DNA of 64,000 nucleotides from Escherichia coli (GTDB lineage Bacteria; Pseudomonadota; Gammaproteobacteria; Enterobacterales; Enterobacteriaceae): NCBI RefSeq assembly GCF_044324785.1, contig NZ_CP172127.1; one strand, 5' to 3'. Shown piece by piece: positions 12,630 to 22,631 of this stretch (position 1 is its first letter; each line of letters starts with the position of its first letter). The notes under the pieces were generated by a model. It saw only the letters and a program-made list of their open reading frames with translations, ran no database searches and was not told where the DNA came from. The position numbers and the translations under genes were made by a program.

Positions 12630-13315
12630 ATGTCGTTACTTGCACAACTGGATCAAAAAATCGCTGCTAACGGTGGCCTGATTGTCTCCTGCCAGCCGGT
12701 TCCGGACAGCCCGCTCGATAAACCCGAAATCGTCGCCGCCATGGCATTAGCGGCAGAACAGGCGGGCGCGGTTGCCATTCGCATTGAAGGTGTGGCAAAT
12801 CTGCAAGCCACGCGTGCGGTGGTGAGCGTGCCAATTATCGGGATTGTGAAACGCGATCTGGAGGATTCTCCGGTACGTATCACGGCCTATATTGAAGATG
12901 TTGATGCGCTGGCGCAGGCGGGCGCGGACATTATCGCCATTGACGGCACCGACCGCCCGCGTCCGGTGCCTGTTGAAACGTTGCTGGCACGTATTCACCA
13001 TCACGGTTTACTGGCGATGACCGACTGCTCAACGCCGGAAGACGGCCTGGCATGCCAAAAGCTGGGAGCCGAAATTATTGGCACTACGCTTTCTGGCTAT
13101 ACCACGCCTGAAACGCCAGAAGAGCCGGATCTGGCGCTGGTGAAAACGTTGAGCGACGCCGGATGTCGGGTGATTGCCGAAGGGCGTTACAACACGCCTG
13201 CTCAGGCGGCAGATGCGATGCGCCACGGCGCGTGGGCGGTGACGGTCGGTTCTGCCATTACGCGTCTTGAACACATTTGTCAGTGGTACAACACAGCGAT
13301 GAAAAAGGCGGTGCT

Positions 13316-13319
<4 letters not shown>
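12630..13319 (+). CDS. nanE: N-acetylmannosamine-6-phosphate 2-epimerase
   Basis: ORF 12588..13319 trimmed to ATG 12630 ([23 protein letters not shown]), 229 aa. Confidence 0.93.
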
Positions 13320-14652
<1,333 letters not shown>

Positions 14653-14685
14653 ATTTATTAGCTCAGGTGTGACCTGACCCATCTT

Positions 14686-14727
14686 TGGCACAGAGCCAAA
14701 CCTGAACTGACGGACCGCTCTGTGCCA
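14686..14727. repeat. perfect 10/11-bp inverted repeat with 20-nt spacer (hairpin or palindromic site)
   Basis: ggcacagagc (14687-14696) and gctctgtgcc (14717-14726), exact reverse complements; lies between the convergent yhcH 3' end and the stop of the orphan ORF. Confidence 0.5.
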
Positions 14728-15033
14728 TTACCTGACGTTGTATTCTTTTATGTTAACACCCTTGATGCTGTATATACCTGTCCGCTTAATTCGCTTACCC
14801 TTTTTATTCGTAATAGTTGCTGTAAGTGTACTGCAGCGAATGGAATGACGTTCATCAATCACCAGCCGAATTGCTTCTGAAGCATCTTCCACCTCTAGAA
14901 GGTCGTGAGTCTTATTTAAGCCGAATGGAACAAGGTGGAAGGCAGTTTTTCCAGATGATTTTCTGGTTATTTTTACTGGATACAACACATCACCACTTTT
15001 ATGGATTAATTCAAGCTGTTCAATGTAAATCAT
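14728..15033 (-). CDS. hypothetical ~101-aa protein with basic C-terminus; possibly a decayed downstream part of the yhcG locus
   Basis: ORF-track 14728..15069 begins at TTG; first ATG at 15031-15033 (MIYIEQLELIHKSGD...); same minus-strand reading frame as the yhcG remnant but separated from it by two TGA stops; no family recognised by eye. Confidence 0.3.
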   Translation of the reverse strand: MIYIEQLELIHKSGDVLYPVKITRKSSGKTAFHLVPFGLNKTHDLLEVEDASEAIRLVIDERHSIRCSTLTATITNKKGKRIKRTGIYSIKGVNIKEYNVR

Positions 15034-15120
15034 AGCAACTTTCCTTCGTTTATCTGCATGAATATACAAACCGAAAATAGGAGATGCAATACAAAAGCTG
15101 TGGAAATATCAAACAGCCTC

Positions 15121-15378
15121 TCAATTTGGCAGGCAGCGTCTGCCAAATCTTTGCCGATGGAAATTCTGCAGACGGTGTCTGCAGAACTTCAACGTGTTGA
15201 TAAAAAGGTAAAAAAGCCTAATTTGGCGTAAGTTTTTTGCAGAGAACCCACGCTTATATCTTAGACTTAAATCCTTTGATAGTCGCTTGATTAGCTGCGC
15301 ACCATACGCAGCCCTAGCCTCGCCACCTTGTTCAAATTCGACAATCCGTCGGCCAATTTCCCAGTACGTCGCGGTCAT
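15121..15378 (-). pseudogene. yhcG: yhcG remnant: N-terminal DUF1016 fragment of a PD-(D/E)XK-type nuclease-family gene, truncated
   Basis: 85-aa ORF; first ~58 aa (TYWEIGRRIVEFEQGGEARAAYGAQLIKRLSKDLSLRYKRGFSAKNLRQIRLFY) have the conserved DUF1016 N-terminal signature, then a non-conserved tail and TGA; locus about 840 bp versus about 1.1 kb expected for intact yhcG. Confidence 0.6.
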
Positions 15379-15487
15379 TAACGCGTTAACACTACGTACC
15401 GTTTCCGTCCGGGCACTATCGAACTGGTGAATAATGTCTCCATGTACCCGCTTGTAGCCTAAATATCGCTACTTTATTTTTAACCAA

Positions 15488-16144
15488 TTAATAATATTTC
15501 AGTGTGATTTCCGCTGTGCCACTGAATTCCATCTTGTCCGTAACATTCAACTCCGACATCGCATTAATCGCAGAGCTGATTTTAAGTGGCACAGTTAGTG
15601 TGGTCAGATTTTGCGGTGAAGATGTACCAAATGCGTAAACGGTTGTGTTATCTGGGCTGACGATCTGCCAATTCCCAGTAGACTTTATCCATGTTGGATT
15701 GCTGCTATCAGTTGCTGAAAGTACAGAAACCCCTGTTCCGTTATCGACGGTAATCCCCATATTATCAATCATAATGGCCCATGCTCCGACCGGCTTATTT
15801 TTGAATAACCCCAGCCCCAGCAGGTCGCTTTGTGTTAATGCGCTACCGAGCGGAATTTTTGCCGCCATTGCAGTACCAGAATTGAGATCTTTAATAAGAA
15901 TCCCTGGGGCAGCGCTGCCTGGACAGCTAATTGATAGTTGGGTATTTTGATCTGGTAAGCGTGTGGCATCCTGGGTATTCATATTTGCAACAATATAGGT
16001 TCCAAGATTAATGACGCTATTCGTCAGGTTAATTGAACAGGAAGGCGGTTCCACCAACGCGCTAACATGGATGGTGATGTCTGCGGCACTGACATTGGTG
16101 GAACAGAAAAGCGTTATCAGGCCAATCAGCGATATTTTATTCAT
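15488..16144 (-). CDS. yhcF: DUF1120-type fimbrial-like secreted protein YhcF
   Basis: ORF 15488..16153 starts at GTG; ATG at 16142-16144 gives MNKISLIGLITLFCSTNVSA signal peptide; C-terminal ...AEITLKYY. Confidence 0.85.
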   Translation of the reverse strand: MNKISLIGLITLFCSTNVSAADITIHVSALVEPPSCSINLTNSVINLGTYIVANMNTQDATRLPDQNTQLSISCPGSAAPGILIKDLNSGTAMAAKIPLGSALTQSDLLGLGLFKNKPVGAWAIMIDNMGITVDNGTGVSVLSATDSSNPTWIKSTGNWQIVSPDNTTVYAFGTSSPQNLTTLTVPLKISSAINAMSELNVTDKMEFSGTAEITLKYY

Positions 16145-16149
16145 GACTA

Positions 16150-16722
16150 TCACTCCGGTCGGCTATTCAGAGAAATGTTCAGGTCGTTGGTGAGCGTAAG
16201 TAAGTCTTGAGGGTTAATATCCTTGCCTGTGATCAATGGCAGTATCGCCAGTTGTACACTGGCCTGTGTTAGCGCCTGTTCGCGATCATGCTGCATAAAA
16301 GATATACCTTCCGAAGGTAATAAAACAATATTAGATGTACCGCCGTCTTGAAGTTGGTTGCTCACGGAAACACGAGACACAGAGGCACTCTGACCGCCTA
16401 TTGTCGGATTAGAGGCTTTGACTCGTATCACGCTCTGCTCGCCAAACTTAAATAGTGATTTTCCTTTATATGTCAATTTATTACCGTCAATCATGACGTG
16501 TACATAATGTGGTGAATCGCATTGAATATTCAGCGTAATATAGCGTTCTGGCAACGCAATACCATCCACCACCGTGGTATTGATGGTGTGTAATGTGCGT
16601 GAAGAACGATCAACCTTTCCCCAGGCAATATCCTGTTGGTTGGCTGTCACCTTACAGTTCTCGGCCAACGTAAATTGACTAAAAAAACAGGTTATTAGCA
16701 GAAGAGCCAAAGATGTTTTCAT
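16150..16722 (-). CDS. yhcE: fimbrial-cluster secreted protein YhcE (uninterrupted here)
   Basis: 190-aa ORF with signal peptide MKTSLALLLITCFFSQFTLA; between usher yhcD and yhcF; no IS sequence within it. Confidence 0.8.
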   Translation of the reverse strand: MKTSLALLLITCFFSQFTLAENCKVTANQQDIAWGKVDRSSRTLHTINTTVVDGIALPERYITLNIQCDSPHYVHVMIDGNKLTYKGKSLFKFGEQSVIRVKASNPTIGGQSASVSRVSVSNQLQDGGTSNIVLLPSEGISFMQHDREQALTQASVQLAILPLITGKDINPQDLLTLTNDLNISLNSRPE

Positions 16723-16734
16723 CTTGTTATTTCC

Positions 16735-19176
16735 TTATAAACAATGAGCTTGAACCGTTTCGTATACCACACTATCAGGCGCATCTTTGGGTAACGTATA
16801 TTGTAGATGGCATATTTTGCCATCAGGAAGAATAACCTTAAGAGTGTCCGTATTATTTTCAATGTTATTAATAAAGAAGGTGCCTTCTTCAACAACGGAG
16901 GTCAGATAGTTTCCCTGTGCGGTATGAACAGAACTATTCAGAGGTAAAAGGGCATTATTGAATCGCACATCCTGGAACATCACCCGACGTGCTGATAGCA
17001 CGGTGAAGGAAATACTTCCGACTGAATAACGCCCTTGTTTAACTTCTTGAGTAGCGTTTGCAATATCGGTTTTTTTAGCCAATGATTTGGGGTCAATTTC
17101 AACAATTGCCGTCTGGTACGGAGGTAAAACGGGCACAACAGCTTGCCCCCACCAGTCAGTCCATGCGGCACCCTGTGGCGTTTGAATTTGGACGCCAGCC
17201 TGTTTTTGGCTCAATTGGGCAATGGCCCAGGTATCAGCGATCCTGTCCGGGGAAAAGGTTATTCCATCCTTGTGCAGAGCGATCCCGCCATCAAGCGTGG
17301 CAGAAGAATAATGGCTGTCCGAGCCGCTTTGTCCCGCAGATAGTCCGAGGCGAGTATAATGTAGGTTAGTATTAAGGCCACCGCTGGCATTATTGCCACT
17401 ATCTTGGCTACGTTCATAGCTGACATAATAACTACTGTCTTTCAGGAAGGCGCCAGAAAGCGTTGAGCCAATGCGAGTATCATTATTTTCATGTCGCACC
17501 CAACTACTGGAATAATGGTTACCTAAAGGCACGTAAACAGTAAGGTTAAGTGAGTCTTCACTGTCATTTCCTTTTTCATGCCGGTAATAAAAATTGGTGG
17601 AGAAATATTTAAACTGCCTACTCCAGTTTATTGTGGTGTTAGTTGAATCACCGTCACGATAATAGCTTTTATTATTGGTATAACTTAGGCTAATTCCACC
17701 TAATAAATCGTGATACCAGGTCAGCGATCCAGTAAGCTCATTTTTATTGTAGGCATAGAATTTATTGTCATCTCCATAATCCCATGGTTGGTCGCTGATA
17801 TCGTCATTTTGCGTGGAATCAAGCAAATCGCGATAACCTCGCTCACTCCAGGTGTCGGTAACGGAAAAGCTTAAATTATCCAGCAGGTCTGCACCTAACG
17901 TGATCGCTGCCTGATTCCCTCGCTTATTATGATTATCATCGACCGCACTTCGGAGCTGAATAGAAGTTGACCAGTGAGTGAAAGGCTGAAAATCAACCCC
18001 GCCAGCAAAAGCATAATAGTTATTTGCGACGATGCCGCCTGTCGATAAAGTATAAGTATTAAAAACCGGCTGACTCCAGGCACCGCTTAACACCATCGGT
18101 TCGTCATCTTCTGCACCAACCTCGCGAACCCGGCCTACGGCAAAATTGTAGTTTGGTGTTCCTGTCACCGTTCGACGGAAAGAATCGCTAAAAACAGTAA
18201 ACTGGTCGCTACTCCCATCGCTTTCGATAACTGTCACATCCAGGTTACTGCTTTGATTCAGGACTGGAACGTTGGTTAAAGTAAATGGTCCCATTGGAGC
18301 CAAAGTAGAATAAATAAGCTGTTTATTTTGTCGGATTTCAATGCGTGCTTGCGATGATTTGACATTACCAGAAACCATCACATCATTACGTCTGTTTGGG
18401 GTTAGCGAAATATCAGGTTGTATCTGTACACCGTAAAGTGAGGCGCCGGAAAGTAGGGGGTTGGCAAGGTTGATCCCGCCTGCCTGCATATTTATTTTGC
18501 TTGCGGTGAAAGTATGTTCGGCATAAGTATAGAGATTGTCGAGATTGTGATCGCCATTAGATAAGGCAACCGAGGTACTATTACGTATTATCCAGTCGCC
18601 CATATTGATGCCGCTTTGTAGCGCAGCACTGGTATAATTATCATTATCGCCGTTATATTTATTAATATTATGCAATAATGAATAGTTTATAGTCGCCCCC
18701 GTCCCTCCAGTGGTGTAACCGCTAACCTCATCTGGGGATTGTAAGGCAATCGCCTCTGTCGGTAATAACACAAAGACTTTGTATTGCGCCGAATCGAAAT
18801 GTACCACCGCTGATGGATAGAGCATCTGCAATGTTTGGCAACGGTCGTCAGTTTCCGTTAAATTTTGTGGGATGATGACACCAGCTCTTTGCATCCAGTT
18901 AGTGTCAGCGCAAAGTTCGCCTTGTGGGTCAATAGTGATGGTAACATTGACATTTCGGTGACCATTAATGTCCATATTGACCTGTTGCGTGCCGGGAGGA
19001 AGACGTGCTTCTTTTGAAAAATAAGCCGCAACATTTTTATCTATACCAAATGAGCGTAACGCATCGCTATTGAAGTTAAGAGCGGTCTCCATCTCTTCCT
19101 GCGACGAAGCTGCCATAGCTATAATAGGAATAAAATGCAGCACTAGAAAGATCTTGTTGAGGGGAAAATATTTCAA
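16735..19176 (-). CDS. yhcD: fimbrial outer-membrane usher YhcD
   Basis: 813-aa ORF with FimD-like N-terminus (LNFNSDALRSFG...LPPGTQQVNMDING); ORF-track start is TTG at 19174-19176 preceded by AGGA and supplying a signal peptide; first ATG (19116) would give 793 aa with no signal peptide. Confidence 0.88.
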   Translation of the reverse strand: MKYFPLNKIFLVLHFIPIIAMAASSQEEMETALNFNSDALRSFGIDKNVAAYFSKEARLPPGTQQVNMDINGHRNVNVTITIDPQGELCADTNWMQRAGVIIPQNLTETDDRCQTLQMLYPSAVVHFDSAQYKVFVLLPTEAIALQSPDEVSGYTTGGTGATINYSLLHNINKYNGDNDNYTSAALQSGINMGDWIIRNSTSVALSNGDHNLDNLYTYAEHTFTASKINMQAGGINLANPLLSGASLYGVQIQPDISLTPNRRNDVMVSGNVKSSQARIEIRQNKQLIYSTLAPMGPFTLTNVPVLNQSSNLDVTVIESDGSSDQFTVFSDSFRRTVTGTPNYNFAVGRVREVGAEDDEPMVLSGAWSQPVFNTYTLSTGGIVANNYYAFAGGVDFQPFTHWSTSIQLRSAVDDNHNKRGNQAAITLGADLLDNLSFSVTDTWSERGYRDLLDSTQNDDISDQPWDYGDDNKFYAYNKNELTGSLTWYHDLLGGISLSYTNNKSYYRDGDSTNTTINWSRQFKYFSTNFYYRHEKGNDSEDSLNLTVYVPLGNHYSSSWVRHENNDTRIGSTLSGAFLKDSSYYVSYERSQDSGNNASGGLNTNLHYTRLGLSAGQSGSDSHYSSATLDGGIALHKDGITFSPDRIADTWAIAQLSQKQAGVQIQTPQGAAWTDWWGQAVVPVLPPYQTAIVEIDPKSLAKKTDIANATQEVKQGRYSVGSISFTVLSARRVMFQDVRFNNALLPLNSSVHTAQGNYLTSVVEEGTFFINNIENNTDTLKVILPDGKICHLQYTLPKDAPDSVVYETVQAHCL

Positions 19177-19187
19177 GATAGCATTCC

Positions 19188-19889
19188 TTAATGATCAACA
19201 GGTAGATTTACACTGTTCACTTTTATTCCATAACGAGATAAAGGCTGTAGGATGACTTGATTAATTGGCAGCGAACTGGATAAAGTAGCCGTTAACGTTT
19301 CACCAGGTAAAATAAAGGTACGCAGCAGGTCTACCATTTTATTATTTTCAGGTATGATGATTTCAGGAGATAGACGAATCACGTAAGCGCCGGTATTTAC
19401 AACCTGTAAATTCGTACCTTGTTGTTTAAATTTTAAATCGCCCCATGGTTCTTTGTTTTTTTTAATGTTTTTTGGCGTGATGATGACAGGGATATCCTGT
19501 GTGTAAATAACATTCAGCTTAATGTTATCAGTTTTTTTTTCATCAGCATTTTTTGATGGAATACCACTAAATTGGGCTCGCATCATATGTTCTACCATAA
19601 GTGGTTTAGTCGTTTGTAATATGAAACGAACTTGTTGCCTTTTTCCCGATTCGACGCGTACGACAGGTTGGGTTGGTATTAGTTTAATACCACTGTTTTT
19701 TTCTTCATCAATCAGGCTGGTTCTGACATATAGCAATGCCGCATCGCTGCCAGTATTAGTCACATTAATACTGGCTTCGCCATCTTCCTCGTAGACTTCC
19801 AGTACTGGCGTTTCGGGCTGCATACCAGCGGTCCAACCATGGGAGGAGAAAAGACAGTAGCCGAAGAATAAATAACGTAAATATTTCAT
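19188..19889 (-). CDS. yhcA: periplasmic fimbrial chaperone YhcA (PapD-like)
   Basis: 233-aa ORF with signal peptide MKYLRYLFFGYCLFSSHGW; stop 11 nt upstream of the usher start. Confidence 0.88.
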   Translation of the reverse strand: MKYLRYLFFGYCLFSSHGWTAGMQPETPVLEVYEEDGEASINVTNTGSDAALLYVRTSLIDEEKNSGIKLIPTQPVVRVESGKRQQVRFILQTTKPLMVEHMMRAQFSGIPSKNADEKKTDNIKLNVIYTQDIPVIITPKNIKKNKEPWGDLKFKQQGTNLQVVNTGAYVIRLSPEIIIPENNKMVDLLRTFILPGETLTATLSSSLPINQVILQPLSRYGIKVNSVNLPVDH

Positions 19890-19921
19890 AAATTATAAAC
19901 GCATAATATAAAAAGAACGAT

Positions 19922-19944
19922 ACGCCCACAGAATGTGTAGGCGT
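19922..19944 (-). terminator. hairpin between gltF and yhcA, possible attenuator
   Basis: cgcccaca-gaa-tgtaggcg stem-loop (one G-U) followed on the transcribed strand by a U-rich tract. Confidence 0.4.
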
Positions 19945-20007
19945 TGTTTTATTAAATTATTCATGTATGTTATTTTTCAGTTAAAACTAAAAAATAACAG
20001 CAATAAA

Positions 20008-20754
20008 TTATTTATATTCCAGGAAGACTTCAAAGCCACCTGTATACTCTTCACGCCCGGTCACATCAGCGAAAGAGGCTTTATCCAGCAGCGCGACCGT
20101 TGTTTGTAGCGGGAAAACAACTGTTTTAGCTGGCGTGATGGAAGTCTTTCCTGGTTCTGCAACAGAAATACGACGAGTATTGGTTAAAGATACTGCACCA
20201 GCTGAATCTTTAGGCACGATGGTCCATGGCTGGTCAAGGTCGGTGCTATAGCTATAGATCAGCACTTTTTCAACTGGGGTAGGGTTTGCAACAGTGGTGA
20301 TTGTCGGGGTTCTGAATACAGTCCAGAATGCTCCAGCACCTTTGCCGCCAGCACGCAGTAGTGGGTTGATCTGATTTTTTGAAGAGCCGAGAGTTAAATC
20401 AACTGTGCGACCATCTGCAGTGTTAATGATGGTAGGATTGCCGTTAGAAAGCGTTTTTACTTTGCTTTCATCAGCGGCATTGAGATGATTAGTTCTTAGT
20501 GCAACATACATATCGGTCGGACAATCAACTTTAAGCTGACTTTCTTTGATCATCGGTAGGTTATTCGATGCATCGGTAAGTTGATCAACAGCCTGAGTAC
20601 CAAAATCCAGAGTGTTACCCTCAATAATACCCAGTGAACATCCCGAAGGGACTAAAAGACCTTTCACGGTAATGGTTGCATCCGCAGCCAGAGCTGAACC
20701 GGTGGTAATAGCCAGAATCGCTACGCTGAGCGTAAGCTTTTTAACTAATGACAT
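20008..20754 (-). CDS. gltF: periplasmic DUF1120 fimbrial-like protein GltF
   Basis: ORF 20008..20790; start set at ATG 20752-20754 (MSLVKKLTLSVAILAITTGSALA signal peptide), 248 aa; C-terminal ...GGFEVFLEYK; downstream of gltD on the same strand. Confidence 0.85.
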   Translation of the reverse strand: MSLVKKLTLSVAILAITTGSALAADATITVKGLLVPSGCSLGIIEGNTLDFGTQAVDQLTDASNNLPMIKESQLKVDCPTDMYVALRTNHLNAADESKVKTLSNGNPTIINTADGRTVDLTLGSSKNQINPLLRAGGKGAGAFWTVFRTPTITTVANPTPVEKVLIYSYSTDLDQPWTIVPKDSAGAVSLTNTRRISVAEPGKTSITPAKTVVFPLQTTVALLDKASFADVTGREEYTGGFEVFLEYK

Positions 20755-21200
20755 GTTGTTAAATTCCATGTTAAGTAAATGTTGTATCAAGACGTGAAAA
20801 CATTGTTTTTAATAAAGCTTTGAGAGTATACAAAATATTTCTTTAAATAAATTTTAAAATATATATGTTTTATTTTTTACATAATTTATGTGAATTGTTT
20901 TTTTGTTATTTTGGGATCGGGTGTCACTTTTTAGGTGTTATTTATTCGATTTATGAATATTTACTTTAAAAAATCAGAATATATAAAGACAGTTTTTTCG
21001 GGGATTGGCTCGTATTGTAAGAGCTGAAATTGTTTACTCTGTGGATTCGAGGAAGAAAGGTACTAAGACAATTATTTGTCTTGGTTTGCCCATCTATAAT
21101 TGAAAATGCGTTACGAGTTGTGGAAGATGAAGATAGATGAGGTGAGGATCCAGCTCCCTGTCATCTGTTATGCTGTCAGGGAACCGGAAAGTGCTAGGGC

Positions 21201-22631
<1,431 letters not shown>

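Noticed and set aside
14686-14703. TGGCAC at 14686-14691 as a possible sigma54 -24 element
   Set aside because: No GC/TTGC -12 element at the required spacing on either strand.
20960-20992. 16-nt exact match tcagaatatataaaga shared by the gltF upstream region (about 20974-20989) and the sfsB upstream region (about 47020-47035), each with a nearby gaatatt
   Set aside because: For 64 kb on both strands about one chance 16-mer match is expected, more in AT-rich promoter DNA. Could be a shared regulator site, but the sequence evidence alone is not significant.
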